Shown here: positions 1 to 9,620 of the stretch, piece by piece
Position numbering within the stretch: the first letter of the stretch is position 1
Layout: the number at the start of each line of letters is the position of its first letter
From: an uncultured bacterium
GTDB taxonomy: Bacteria; Armatimonadota; Hebobacteria; CAYNSX01
Reading direction: 5' to 3'
Assembly (NCBI GenBank): GCA_964400165.1
Contig: CAYNSX010000008.1
Location: forward strand, 91 to 64,090
DNA length: 64,000 bases
Program-made: the position numbers and the translations under genes
Notes under the pieces: generated by a model
The model's input: the letters and a program-made list of their open reading frames with translations, nothing else
What the model was told of the DNA's origin: nothing
The model's database searches: none

Positions 1-27
1 ACGCCGGCTTCAGCCGGCGTTGTTCTA
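1..27 (+). terminator. GC-rich hairpin (acgccggc-ttca-gccggcgt) followed by a T-rich tract; probable terminator of a gene upstream of the window
   Basis: Perfect 8-bp inverted repeat with a 4-nt loop, followed by tgttct. Confidence 0.3.
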
Positions 28-202
28 CTAGCCCGGCCACTTCATGGCCGGGCGCGTGCCGCCCCACCCGCCCCTCGGCTTCGCCGGGCACCCTCCTTCG
101 CCAAGGCTTCGGACGGCAAGCCCTCTCCCCCTGGCCGACACGAGCCACCGGCTCGGGCAGGCGAACGGGAGAGGGAACAGATGTGAACTCCCTCTGTTGG
201 TT

Positions 203-229
203 CCCCCTCTCCCAATTCGGGAGAGGGGG
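203..229. repeat. REP-like hairpin CCCCCTCTCC-loop-GGAGAGGGGG
   Basis: Perfect 10-bp inverted repeat. Same stem recurs at more than 8 loci in the window. Confidence 0.6.
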
Positions 230-280
230 TCAGCCTGCTCTCCGAAGCCTTGGCGAAGGAGAGGGGGTGAGGACGACTGT

Positions 281-301
281 CCCGGCACTGAAGTGCCGGG
301 C
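281..301. repeat. Hairpin cccggcac-tgaag-tgccgggc, the inverted copy of the element at 2384-2404
   Basis: Same palindrome on the opposite strand at 2384-2404, with a shared flanking tgattcag. Confidence 0.45.
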
Positions 302-529
302 TGAATCACACCGACACTGCTGAAGGTCTTCCGCCCTCGACTGAAGTCGGGGCGGCCTCGTTTCCTCGCCGCTGATTGCATGGTCGCCCTCACCCGGCCT
401 CGCTGCGCTCGGCCACCCTCTCCCTGAAGCGGAGAGGGACATCGCATCATCCCTCCTGCAAAATCGATCCTCGTTTCCTCGTTTCCTCGTTTCCTTGTTT
501 CCTCGCTGGTCGTTACACTGTTCCCGCCC

Positions 530-2326
530 ATGGCCGACCGCGATTACATCCGCAATTTTTGCATCGTGGCGCACATTGACCACGGTAAATCCACGCTCGC
601 CGACCGGCTGCTGGAGAAGACCGGCCTCGTCGAGCGCACCCAGCGCGAGCAGGTACTCGATTCGATGGACCTGGAGCGGGAGCGGGGCATCACCATCAAG
701 GCGAGCGCGGTGCATCTCGCCTATCACGCCAAGGACGGGCACACCTATCAGTTGAACCTCATCGACACCCCCGGGCATGTGGACTTCAGTTATGAGGTGT
801 CGCGGGCGCTGGCGGCCTGCGAGGGGGCGCTGTTGGTGGTGGACGCGGTGCAGGGCGTCGAGGCGCAAACGGTGGCGAATGCGCACCTGGCGATCGGCGC
901 CAATCTCGAAATCGTGCCCGTCATCAACAAGACCGACTTGCCGACTGCGGATGTGGCGCGCGTCGGGCAGGAGTTGGAGCAGGTGATCGGCATCAGCGCC
1001 GACGACGCCATCGCGGTGAGCGCGAAGGACGGCACGAATGTCGATCTGCTGCTCGAAGCGATCGTGCAGCGCATCCCGCCGCCGACCGGCGACCCGGAGG
1101 CGCCGCTGCGGGCGCTGATTTTCGACTCGCACTACGACTCGTACCGCGGCATCGTGTGCTATGTGCGCGTCGTCGAAGGGACACTGACGCCCGGGCAGCG
1201 CATCAAGTTCCACATTACCGGCCGGGAGTTTGAAGTGAGCGAGGTCGGCGTCTTCGAGTTGCAGCCCAAGGGCACGCAAGTGCTGGCCGCGGGCGAGGTC
1301 GGCTATGTCACCGCCAACATCAAGTCCATCGGCGATGCGCGGGTCGGCGACACCATCACCGACGCCCGGCGCCCGGCGGCGACCCCGCTGCCCGGCTACC
1401 GCGATGTGAAGCCGATGGTGTTCTGCGGCTTCTATCCGACGCAGGGGGCCGATTTCAATGTGCTGCGCGAGGCGCTGGAGCGGCTGCAACTGAACGATGC
1501 GGCCCTGCGCTTTGAACCGGAAAAGTCGGCGCTCGGGCTGGGGATGCGCTGCGGGTTCCTCGGGCTGCTGCACATGGACATCGTGCAGGAGCGCCTATCG
1601 CGCGAGCAGGACCTCGAATTGCTCGCCACCGCGCCGAGCGTGGTGTACCGTGTCACGCTGAAGGGCGGCGAAGTGGTGGAAATCGAGAACCCGTCGGAGA
1701 TGCCGGACCCGGGGAGTCTGGAGCGGGTCGAGGAGCCGTTTCTGCGGGCGACGCTGATCTCGCCGGCGAATTTCGTCGGGCCCTGCATCGAACTCTGCGA
1801 GGAGCGGCGCGGGATTCAGATCGCGCTCGACTATGTGTCGCCGCAGCGCGTGGTGCTGACCTACGATCTGCCGCTCGCCGAGGTGCTGCTCGATTTCTTC
1901 GACCAATTGAAGTCGCGCACGCGGGGTTACGCCTCGCTCGACTACGAGTTCGCCGGCTTCCGCGAGGGCAGCCTGGTGAAGGTGTCGATTCTGCTCAACA
2001 GCGAAGCGACCGAGGCGCTCTCGTTCATCTGCCCGCGCGACCGCGCCTACAAGCGCGGCAAGGCGCTGGTGGAGCGCCTGCGCAAGATGGTGCCGCGGCA
2101 ACAATTCGAGATCCGCATTCAGGCGGCGATCGGCGGCAAGATCATCGCCTCGGAGCGCATCGCGCCGTTCCGCAAGGAAGTGCTGTCGAAGTGTTCCGGC
2201 GGCGACATCACGCGCAAACGCAAACTGCTCGACAAGCAGCGCGAGGGCAAGTCAAAAATGCGGCAACTGGGCAAGGTAGAGTTGCCGCAGGAAGCGTTCC
2301 TGGAAGTGTTGCGGGTGGGGGAATGA
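530..2326 (+). CDS. lepA: Elongation factor 4 (LepA), translational GTPase
   Basis: N-terminus [22 protein letters not shown] with a GTP-binding P-loop. Length 598 aa is typical for LepA. Confidence 0.95.
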   Translation: MADRDYIRNFCIVAHIDHGKSTLADRLLEKTGLVERTQREQVLDSMDLERERGITIKASAVHLAYHAKDGHTYQLNLIDTPGHVDFSYEVSRALAACEGALLVVDAVQGVEAQTVANAHLAIGANLEIVPVINKTDLPTADVARVGQELEQVIGISADDAIAVSAKDGTNVDLLLEAIVQRIPPPTGDPEAPLRALIFDSHYDSYRGIVCYVRVVEGTLTPGQRIKFHITGREFEVSEVGVFELQPKGTQVLAAGEVGYVTANIKSIGDARVGDTITDARRPAATPLPGYRDVKPMVFCGFYPTQGADFNVLREALERLQLNDAALRFEPEKSALGLGMRCGFLGLLHMDIVQERLSREQDLELLATAPSVVYRVTLKGGEVVEIENPSEMPDPGSLERVEEPFLRATLISPANFVGPCIELCEERRGIQIALDYVSPQRVVLTYDLPLAEVLLDFFDQLKSRTRGYASLDYEFAGFREGSLVKVSILLNSEATEALSFICPRDRAYKRGKALVERLRKMVPRQQFEIRIQAAIGGKIIASERIAPFRKEVLSKCSGGDITRKRKLLDKQREGKSKMRQLGKVELPQEAFLEVLRVGE

Positions 2327-2383
2327 GGGGCGCACGGACTTCAGTCCGAGGCGCAAGTCCGCTCGCAGTGGCATTGTGATTCA

Positions 2384-2404
2384 GCCCGGCACTTCAGTGC
2401 CGGG
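2384..2404. repeat. Hairpin gcccggcac-ttcag-tgccggg (small REP-like element)
   Basis: Palindrome shared with 281-301. Confidence 0.45.
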
Positions 2405-2610
2405 ATTGTGGATCACCACTTCGACTCCACTGAATTGACGGCGAATGACCGACCCCACCTGCCTGACCCGCTCCGTCGGAGCGGGCGGCACCCCGCCCTG
2501 GCTGTGCCAGGGACAGGGGCCTAACCCCTCCCCGTCTACGGGGAGGGGCAGAGACAACAGAGCAGGCGGGGAACCGCGGCTGGTAGAATACCGTCCTACG
2601 GAGGACGCGG

Positions 2611-3645
2611 ATGCGAGCGATGACCCTGGCGAGAGCGCTCCTGGTGGCCTTGGCGGGCCTGGCCCTGGCGGCTGAACCCGCCCCGGCGCCGCCACCGGCC
2701 CCGTCGCAGGCGGCGCCGGTCAGCACGGCGCCCATCTCAGCAGAGGCGGCCTGGCTGGAACTGGGCAGTCTGCGCGTCTATGAGGGCGACGCCCGGCGGG
2801 CGTGGCGGCCGATGGCCTTCGACTCGTGGGGCAGCGGCTTTGCCGGCGAGACATGGGGGCCGGACCTGTACTTTGTCGGGCCGCGGGTCATCCAGGTGGT
2901 CTCGCAGGGCTATCACAGCGGCGGCATCCTGAAGTTCGAGAGCCCGCTCGACCTGCGCCAGGCGTTCGCGGAGAAGGGCTGGATGCTGGAAATGCGCATC
3001 AACCTGGTGTCGCCCACTGGCTCGGCGCCGGCGCCGTTTCCGACGGCGGGCGGCGAAGCGCGCGCCGCGGCACGCGCGCCGGCGCGACCGGCCGCCGACC
3101 GCCCGGCCGTGGAGAATGTCTCCTTGCCCATCTTTCCGGCGATGCGCTTCCTGCGCCTGCAACTGCAAACACCGAGCGGCCCGATGCTGGCGCCGCGCGT
3201 GTCCATTGATGCGCCAGGGACCGTGACGGCGCGCGGCTGGGTGCATGTGGCGCTGCCGCTGGCCGACTTCAAGAGCATCGGGAACGCGGTGGACGGCCGC
3301 GTGTTCGCCATCGAGATTTCGTGCGACCGGCCGCAACTCTTCCACATCGGGCAAATCCGCGTGACGCGCGACCTGCAGCCGCTGACGGTGACGCTGGCAA
3401 GCGAGCCGTCGGTGGCGCGAGTGGGCGGACAAGTGCGTTTCCGCGCCACTGTGGACAAGGGGCTGTCGCGGGTGCGCGTGCGCTGGGATTTCGACAACCG
3501 CAACGGCGTCACCGCGCAGGCCGAGGGGACGAATGTCGGCAATGTCTTCACGCAGCCGGGCACTTACACGGTGACGGCGATTGTGGACGACTTCGTCGGC
3601 TTCAAACCGATGGTAACGCAGACCGTGACGGTGACCGTGCAATGA
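2611..3645 (+). CDS. Secreted hypothetical protein with a C-terminal PKD/Ig-like domain
   Basis: Signal peptide MRAMTLARALLVALAGLALA. C-terminus VRWDFDN..GTYTVTAIVDD is PKD-like. Confidence 0.55.
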   Translation: MRAMTLARALLVALAGLALAAEPAPAPPPAPSQAAPVSTAPISAEAAWLELGSLRVYEGDARRAWRPMAFDSWGSGFAGETWGPDLYFVGPRVIQVVSQGYHSGGILKFESPLDLRQAFAEKGWMLEMRINLVSPTGSAPAPFPTAGGEARAAARAPARPAADRPAVENVSLPIFPAMRFLRLQLQTPSGPMLAPRVSIDAPGTVTARGWVHVALPLADFKSIGNAVDGRVFAIEISCDRPQLFHIGQIRVTRDLQPLTVTLASEPSVARVGGQVRFRATVDKGLSRVRVRWDFDNRNGVTAQAEGTNVGNVFTQPGTYTVTAIVDDFVGFKPMVTQTVTVTVQ

Positions 3646-3721
3646 GGCGCGTCTCCACCGCATGAGCGGCCGCCGCACGATGCAGAGGAAGCCCGCCCCC
3701 TCGGGGTGGGCTTTTTCATAG

Positions 3722-4645
3722 ATGGCCGGCGCTCCCGACTTTTCCATGCGCCTCGGCGCGCTGACTCTGCCCAGCCCGGTGTGGCTGGCGGCGGGCTGCT
3801 GGGGCTACGGCGAGAACCGCGACCCGGCGGTGTATGCGGGCGTCGGCGCGCTGGTGGTGAAGACGACGACACTGCAACCGCGTGCCGGCTTCCCGCCGCC
3901 GCGGATGGTAGAGACGCCCTCGGGGATGCTCAACGCCATCGGATTGGAGAACCCGGGCATCGAAGCGGTGGTGCGAGAGAAACTGCCGGCGCTGCGCGAC
4001 TTCCCGGTGCCGGTGATCTTGAGCATCGCCGGCGAGACGGTGGACGAGTACGCGCAACTGGCGCGGCGGGCGGCGGAGAGCCCGGTGCCGGTGGCGCTCG
4101 AGTTGAACATCTCGTGCCCGAACACCGACAGCGGCGGGCTGGAGTTCACCTGCGACCCGGCGGCAAGCGCGGCAGTTGTCCGCGCCGTGCGGCCGGTGTG
4201 GCCGCGGCCGCTGCTGGTGAAACTGGGGCCGGTGACCAACATCGCCGCCGTCGCGAGGGCGTGCGAGGAAGCGGGCGCTGATGCGCTCACCGCGGTGAAC
4301 ACTTTTCGCGGGATGGTCATCGACACGGACACGCGGCAGCCGGCGGTCTCGGCGGGGGCGGGCGGGCTGTCGGGGCCGGCCATCCGGCCGCTGGCGGTCT
4401 GGTGCGCGCACCAGGTGACGCAGGCGGTGCGCATCCCGGTCATCGGCGTCGGCGGCATCAGCAGCGGGCGCGATGCGCTGGAGTTCCTCCTGGCGGGGGC
4501 GGCGGCGGTGCAAATCGGGACGGCGGGGCTGCTCGACCCGCTGGCGGCGGCGCGCATCGCCCGGGAGCTGCGCGACGCGCTGGCGCGGCAGAGTGTGGAA
4601 CACATTGCTGCGGTGCAAGGGGCCGTGCAAACCAAACCTGCTTGA
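3722..4645 (+). CDS. pyrD: Dihydroorotate dehydrogenase, class 1 catalytic subunit
   Basis: NISCPN active-site Cys and GLENPG motifs. 307 aa. Confidence 0.9.
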   Translation: MAGAPDFSMRLGALTLPSPVWLAAGCWGYGENRDPAVYAGVGALVVKTTTLQPRAGFPPPRMVETPSGMLNAIGLENPGIEAVVREKLPALRDFPVPVILSIAGETVDEYAQLARRAAESPVPVALELNISCPNTDSGGLEFTCDPAASAAVVRAVRPVWPRPLLVKLGPVTNIAAVARACEEAGADALTAVNTFRGMVIDTDTRQPAVSAGAGGLSGPAIRPLAVWCAHQVTQAVRIPVIGVGGISSGRDALEFLLAGAAAVQIGTAGLLDPLAAARIARELRDALARQSVEHIAAVQGAVQTKPA

Positions 4646-4685
4646 CCGCAGGCGCCGGCGGCTGATAGTCTGTGGTGTCCTTTAA

Positions 4686-4705
4686 TCCTGTCCCGAGAGG
4701 CAGGG
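4686..4705 (+). promoter_or_regulatory. Candidate PyrR-binding RNA loop (tcccgagaggca within stem cctg..cagg) in the pyrR leader
   Basis: Matches the PyrR binding-loop consensus UCCnGAGAGGCU. Sits ~240 nt upstream of pyrR. Confidence 0.4.
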
Positions 4706-4834
4706 AAGGCGATGCAGCGAAGCTGTGCACCATCTGCGTTGGCACATCTGGCGACCCGCTCGCGGCGCGCGAGGGGGTCGTTTTGTATGTGGGGGCAGCC
4801 GTCCTCACCCCGCGCATCGCTGCGCTCGGCGCGC

Positions 4835-4860
4835 CCCTCTCCCGCAGAATGGGAGAGGGG
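4835..4860. repeat. REP-like hairpin cccctctccc-gcagaat-gggagagggg
   Basis: Inverted repeat of the same family. Confidence 0.5.
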
Positions 4861-4886
4861 CAGAAGAAAAAACTTCATTTCAATTT

Positions 4887-4913
4887 CCCCCTCTCCACTT
4901 GTTGGAGAGGGGG
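4887..4913. repeat. REP-like hairpin ccccctctcc-acttgttg-gagaggggg
   Basis: Inverted repeat of the same family. Confidence 0.55.
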
Positions 4914-4944
4914 CAGGGGGTGAGGGAGCTTTGGAGATGACTAC

Positions 4945-5490
4945 ATGACGACGAAGACGCTGGTCATGGATGAGGGCGACATCCGCCGCGCGGTGACGCG
5001 CATCGCCCACGAAATCCTCGAGCGCAACCGCGGCGCCAAGGACCTGGCGCTGGTCGGCGTGCGCACGCGGGGCGTGCCGCTGGCGCAGCGGCTCGCGCAG
5101 TTGTTGTCCGACATCGAGAAGACGCCGGTGCCGGTGGGCATTCTCGACATCACGCCATTCCGCGACGACCGGCCCGAGGGCGGCGCCGCGGCGTCCGGGA
5201 ACGGCGGGAGCGAGATCGGCTTCTCGGTCGAAGGCAAGCAGGTGGTGGTCGCCGACGATGTGCTGTACACGGGCCGCACGGTGCGGGCGGCGATGGATGC
5301 GCTCATCGAATTTGGGCGGCCGCGCACCATTCAACTGGCGGTGCTGGTCGACCGCGGGCACCGCGAGGTGCCGATCCGGCCCGACTTCGTCGGCAAGAAC
5401 ATCCCGACCGCCGAGCGGGAGCGCATCACGGTGCGGCTGCGCGAACTCGACGGCGAAGACGGCGTCTATGTGGAGCGGCCCGCGGCATGA
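4945..5490 (+). CDS. pyrR: PyrR, bifunctional pyrimidine operon attenuation regulator / uracil phosphoribosyltransferase
   Basis: PRTase-type fold motifs (VVADDVLYTGRT). 181 aa. First gene of the pyr operon. Confidence 0.95.
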   Translation: MTTKTLVMDEGDIRRAVTRIAHEILERNRGAKDLALVGVRTRGVPLAQRLAQLLSDIEKTPVPVGILDITPFRDDRPEGGAAASGNGGSEIGFSVEGKQVVVADDVLYTGRTVRAAMDALIEFGRPRTIQLAVLVDRGHREVPIRPDFVGKNIPTAERERITVRLRELDGEDGVYVERPAA

Positions 5491-6578
5491 CCGACCGCGA
5501 TCTCGTCAGCGTCGGCGATGTGCCGGTGGAGACCATCGAGCAGGTGCTCGATCTCGCCGGCGCATTCGCGGACGGGCGCACAGCGAATGACATCGCGCGC
5601 GGCAAACTGCTGGCGACGCTGTTTTACGAGCCCAGCACGCGCACGCGGCTGTCGTTCGAGGCGGCGATGCAGCGACTCGGGGGCGGGGTGTTGAGCGCCG
5701 CCGAGATGAGCAGCAGTTCGGCGGCGAAAGGCGAGACGCTGCACGACACGATGCAGATGGTGTCGGGCTACGCGGATGCGGTCGTGCTGCGGCACCCGTG
5801 CCCGGGGGCGGCGCGGGCGGCGCAGTCCGGGGCGCGCGTCCCGCTGGTGAATGCGGGCGACGGCGCCCGCGAGCACCCGACGCAAGCGCTGCTCGACCTC
5901 TTCACGCTGCGCCGCGAGACGAAGCGGGCGCGCGGTTGGGCGGTGGCGCTGGTGGGCGATCTGCGGCACGCGCGGGCGGCGCACAGTCTGGCGCTGCTGC
6001 TGGCGCGGTTCGACGCCCGGCTGCACTGCGTGGCGCCGCGCGGTTTGCAGTTGCCCGGGACGCTGTTGGCGCGCCTGCAAGAACTAGGCGCGGCGCCGGT
6101 GTTGCACGAGCGCCTCGAGGAACCGTGGGAGGGCACGCCGCTCATCGCGCAGACGGATGCGGTGTATGTGATGCGCGTGCAGCGGGAGCGGTTTGCGAGC
6201 GCCGACGAATACGAGCGGGCGCGCACCGCGTACCGCATCACGCCGCAGACGCTGGCCGAGGCGCGCACGGATTGCGTCGTGCTGCACCCGCTGCCGCGGG
6301 CGGGGGAACTCGACCCGGCGGTAGACAGCGACCCGCGGGCGGCCTACTTCCGGCAGGCGGCGTACGGCGTGCCGGTGCGGATGGCCGTGCTGGCGGCGAT
6401 GCTGGGGCTGACGGACTTCGAGTGGCGGACGACTGCTCCGGCGGCGCTGCCGGCGCCGCAGCCCTGCGGCAACGAAAAGTGCATTTTGCGAAACGAACCC
6501 AATTTGCCCGCCGAGGCGCTTGCGTACGAGAGCGGCGCCGTGTGCGCGTACTGCGAGCACGCGCTGGGCGGCGCCTGA
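5487..6578 (+). CDS. pyrB: Aspartate carbamoyltransferase catalytic chain, with a C-terminal Cys4 extension resembling the PyrI zinc domain
   Basis: STRTR and HPxQ motifs. ATGA overlap with pyrR. C-terminus CGNEKCILRNEP...CAYCEH. Confidence 0.95.
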   Translation: MTDRDLVSVGDVPVETIEQVLDLAGAFADGRTANDIARGKLLATLFYEPSTRTRLSFEAAMQRLGGGVLSAAEMSSSSAAKGETLHDTMQMVSGYADAVVLRHPCPGAARAAQSGARVPLVNAGDGAREHPTQALLDLFTLRRETKRARGWAVALVGDLRHARAAHSLALLLARFDARLHCVAPRGLQLPGTLLARLQELGAAPVLHERLEEPWEGTPLIAQTDAVYVMRVQRERFASADEYERARTAYRITPQTLAEARTDCVVLHPLPRAGELDPAVDSDPRAAYFRQAAYGVPVRMAVLAAMLGLTDFEWRTTAPAALPAPQPCGNEKCILRNEPNLPAEALAYESGAVCAYCEHALGGA

Positions 6579-7975
6579 TGGCGGACGGGCGGCGCGTCGT
6601 GGTGCGCCGGGTGCGGCTGATGATTCCGGGGATGCCGGACGAGGTGACCGATGTAACGGTGGGCGGCGGCGCGGTGACTTTCGGCGATGCCGGTCGCGCC
6701 GATGGGCGGCAGGTCAACGGCGAGGGGTGGATCGCGGCGCCGGGGCTGATTGACCTGCATGTACACCTGCGCGAGCCGGGGCAGACGCACAAAGAGGACA
6801 TCTGCTCCGGCACGCGGGCGGCGGCGAAGGGCGGGTTTGCGGCGGTGGTGTGCGAGCCGAACACGACGCCGCCGCTCGCCGACGCCGCGACAATCGGGGC
6901 TTTCCGCAACGCGCTCCGGGCGTCGGCATGCGTCGAAGTGTATGCGAAGTCGGCGATCACGGAGCAGCGCGCCGGGCGCGTGCCGGCGATGGCGACGCAC
7001 AACGAAGTGGTGGTCGGGCACAGCGACGACGGCGACCCGGTGGCGCAGCGAGCGGTGATGGCAGCGGCGTTTCAGCGGGCGCACGAAACGATGGCGGTGT
7101 GGCAAGCGGACCAGAATGTGTGGGAAATGGACGAGGGGCTGCGCAAGTCGGCGCTACCGCGGGTGGCGCCGAAGATGGCCGATTACCTGCCGCTGTTCCT
7201 GCTGCACGAAGAGGCGACGCCCGGTTCGCTCGGCGCGCTGGCGGCGGAGCTGGGAGAGGCCGACCCGTATGCCTACGAGGCGCGGCTCATAGCCCGCGAC
7301 TTGGAATTGCTCGAAGCGACGCCCAAACCGCGGCCGTTCGTGCATTTCTCGCATGTCACTCTGGCGGAGTCGGTCGAGCACCTCCGGGCGGCGAAGGCGC
7401 GCGGGCTGCCGGTGACCGCCGAAGCGACGCCGCATCACTTGACGCTCTCCGCCGACGACATCCCCGGCCGCGACCCGAATTGGAAGATGAACCCGCCGCT
7501 GCGCAGCCGCGCCGATGTCGCGGCGCTGCAAGCGGCGCTGCGCGACGGCGTCATCGACTGCATCGCCAGCGACCACGCGCCGCACACACCCGCCGAGAAG
7601 GCCGCCGGCTGGGAGGCGGCGCCGTTCGGCTGCATCGGGATGGAGACGACGGTCGGCGTCGTGCTGACGCGGCTGGTGGATGAGGGCGTCATCACGCTCG
7701 AGCGTGCCATCGAGGCGCTGTCGTACGCGCCGCTGCGAGTGCTGCTGCGCGATGGCTGCGCCGGACAAGTGCTGACCGCGGAAGAGATTGCGCAGCGCTA
7801 TCCGGTCCGGCATCTGACCCTCATCAACCCCGCCGCCGAGTGGACGGTCGAGCCGGCGCAATTCGAATCGAAGTGCCGCAACACGCCGTTCGCCGGCTGG
7901 CAGCTGCGCGGGCGGGTCGAGATGACGGTGGTGAACGGCGAGGTCGTCTTTCCGTTCGCCGGGGGGAGCGCGTGA
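6578..7975 (+). CDS. pyrC: Dihydroorotase
   Basis: HVHLREPG metal-binding motif. Start ATG overlaps the pyrB stop (ATGA). The longer track ORF 5798-7975 is an upstream artefact. Confidence 0.9.
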   Translation: MADGRRVVVRRVRLMIPGMPDEVTDVTVGGGAVTFGDAGRADGRQVNGEGWIAAPGLIDLHVHLREPGQTHKEDICSGTRAAAKGGFAAVVCEPNTTPPLADAATIGAFRNALRASACVEVYAKSAITEQRAGRVPAMATHNEVVVGHSDDGDPVAQRAVMAAAFQRAHETMAVWQADQNVWEMDEGLRKSALPRVAPKMADYLPLFLLHEEATPGSLGALAAELGEADPYAYEARLIARDLELLEATPKPRPFVHFSHVTLAESVEHLRAAKARGLPVTAEATPHHLTLSADDIPGRDPNWKMNPPLRSRADVAALQAALRDGVIDCIASDHAPHTPAEKAAGWEAAPFGCIGMETTVGVVLTRLVDEGVITLERAIEALSYAPLRVLLRDGCAGQVLTAEEIAQRYPVRHLTLINPAAEWTVEPAQFESKCRNTPFAGWQLRGRVEMTVVNGEVVFPFAGGSA

Positions 7976-9105
7976 TGGCGTCGCGCCGCCCGCACGAGGC
8001 CTGCCTGGTATTGAGCGACGGCACCGTGTTCCCCGGCCAGTCCATCGGCACGCCGGGGACAGCGGTCGGCGAGGTGGTGTTCTCGACGGCGATGACGGGC
8101 TATCAGGAGATGTTGACCGACCCCTCGTACCGCGGCCAGATCCTGACGCTCACCTATCCGCTCATCGGCAACTACGGCACGACCGCCGAGGACGCGCAGT
8201 CGGACCGCGTGCAGGTGGCGGGGCTGATCATTCGAGAGTTATCGCCGGAGCCGAGTTCGTGGCGCGCCGACGAGGGGCTGCGCGAGTACTTGCAGCGCGA
8301 AGGTGTCGTGGCGCTGGCAGGCATCGACACGCGGGCGCTGACGCGGCGGCTGCGCACTGCGGGCGTGATGATGGGCGTCCTCACCACTGAACTCTCACCA
8401 AAGCGGGCGCTGTCGCGACTGAAGGCGGCAAAGAACTACGGCGACCTCGACTTCGTCGCCGAGGTGACGGCGAAGGGCTCGTATCAGTGGCGCGAGGGGG
8501 CGCACGGGCAGTCGGAGTTGCGCTTCGGAGAAGGGCCGGCAGTGTGCGTGGTGGACTACGGTGTGAAGCGCAACATCCTGCGTTACCTGGCGGCGGAGGG
8601 CTGCGAAGTGTTCGTCTTCCCGGCGCAGGCGAGCGCGGCGGAAGTGATGCGCCCGAAGCCGGATGTGGTGGTGCTCTCGCCGGGGCCGGGCAACCCGGCG
8701 CGCCTCGACTACGCCATCGCCACGGTGCGCGACCTGCTCGAGACGAGCGTGCCGCTGGTGGGCATCTGCCTCGGGCATCAGTTGCTCGCTCACGCGGCCG
8801 GCGGCGGGACGGTGAAGCTGAAGTTCGGGCACCGCGGCGCCAACCACCCGGTGCAAGACCTGGCGACCGGCGCGGTGCGCATCACCAGCCAGAACCACGG
8901 CTACGCCGTGGACGCCGCGACGCTGGCGGGCAGCGGCTTCGAGGTGACGCAGCGCAACCTGAACGACGGCACCGTCGAAGGGCTGCGCCACACCAGCAAG
9001 CCGGTGTGGTCGGTGCAGTACCACCCCGAGGCGAGCCCCGGGCCGACGGACAGCCGCGGGCTGTTCCACACCATCGCCGAGATGGCGGGGAGCGCCGGGC
9101 GATGA
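7975..9105 (+). CDS. carA: Carbamoyl-phosphate synthase small (glutaminase) subunit
   Basis: LVLSDGTVFPG N-terminus and the GICLGHQ catalytic Cys motif. ATGA overlap with pyrC. Confidence 0.95.
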   Translation: MASRRPHEACLVLSDGTVFPGQSIGTPGTAVGEVVFSTAMTGYQEMLTDPSYRGQILTLTYPLIGNYGTTAEDAQSDRVQVAGLIIRELSPEPSSWRADEGLREYLQREGVVALAGIDTRALTRRLRTAGVMMGVLTTELSPKRALSRLKAAKNYGDLDFVAEVTAKGSYQWREGAHGQSELRFGEGPAVCVVDYGVKRNILRYLAAEGCEVFVFPAQASAAEVMRPKPDVVVLSPGPGNPARLDYAIATVRDLLETSVPLVGICLGHQLLAHAAGGGTVKLKFGHRGANHPVQDLATGAVRITSQNHGYAVDAATLAGSGFEVTQRNLNDGTVEGLRHTSKPVWSVQYHPEASPGPTDSRGLFHTIAEMAGSAGR

Positions 9106-9620
9106 CGCGCCATCAGTTTGCCGAAGCGGTAGCGGAGCACTTGGGCGGGCTGCTAGCGCGGGAGTTCGGCGGCGCGGTGCGGGTGACGGCGGGGGTGCAT
9201 CTGCCGGTGGCGGTGCGGTGCGTTCCAGCGTCCAGCGGCGGCTGGGAGTGGCGGGTGGAGACGGCGCCGGTGGAGATTGTGGTGCATGCGTCGGGTGAAG
9301 TTTCGCTGGCCGGGGTGACGACGCCGGTGCCGCTGGTGTATGCCGTCCTCGCCCCTTCCGACGAGCCGGCGGACCTCGCCGCGCTCGGGCAGGCGGCGGC
9401 GGGGGTGCGGGCAATCTTCCCGCACGCGCAGGGCTACCTGCTCGGCGAGGCGCTGGAGCCGAAGGCGGCGCTGGCGCTGCCGGGGTTCGACCGGGTGTAT
9501 CCGCAGTGGGAGCATGAGCACCTGGGCAAGCGGCGGGTGTGGGTGGATGTGCGGCGGCACCTGATGCACCTGGAGTTGTCGGGGGTGTTGCCGGGCGGGC
9601 AGTTTGGAGACCGGGAATGA
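9102..9620 (+). CDS. Hypothetical protein (172 aa), first gene of a three-gene insertion between carA and carB. C-terminus GGQFGDRE is shared with the downstream Fic protein
   Basis: ATG overlaps the carA stop (ATGA) and the stop overlaps the Fic start. No recognisable motif. Confidence 0.6.
   Translation: MTRHQFAEAVAEHLGGLLAREFGGAVRVTAGVHLPVAVRCVPASSGGWEWRVETAPVEIVVHASGEVSLAGVTTPVPLVYAVLAPSDEPADLAALGQAAAGVRAIFPHAQGYLLGEALEPKAALALPGFDRVYPQWEHEHLGKRRVWVDVRRHLMHLELSGVLPGGQFGDRE
9592..9620 (+). repeat. 29-bp direct repeat copy 1 (cgggcgggcagtttggagaccgggaatga) spanning the 3' end of the hypothetical gene and the RBS/ATG of Fic
   Basis: Identical except 1 nt to 10362-10390. Confidence 0.75.

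Larger units (their letters stand above)
80..530. repeat. Degenerate copies of a dispersed ~170-bp intergenic repeat element (cgggcaccct..cttcgccaa..gcaagccctctcc; ccctcacccg..gctgcgc..ccctctccctgaagcggagaggg..catcat; GTTTCCTC octamer tandem at about 469-510)
   Basis: Near-identical segments recur at 37590-37960. Octamer cgtttcct repeated 4-5 times. Confidence 0.55.

Noticed and set aside
230-1573. 447-aa minus-strand ORF and other long ORFs overlapping lepA
   Set aside because: Antisense or alternate-frame open frames are expected in ~68% GC DNA. Arg/Ala/Pro-rich low-complexity translation. lepA on the plus strand is unambiguous
5798-7975. 725-aa plus ORF spanning pyrB and pyrC
   Set aside because: The N-terminal 260 aa are Gly/Ala/Arg-rich junk in an alternate frame of pyrB. 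The real pyrC starts at the ATG overlapping the pyrB stop (6578)
6578-7975. Possible insertion in dihydroorotase (466 aa versus ~430 typical)
   Set aside because: Length difference is modest and I could not localise a discrete inserted domain by eye
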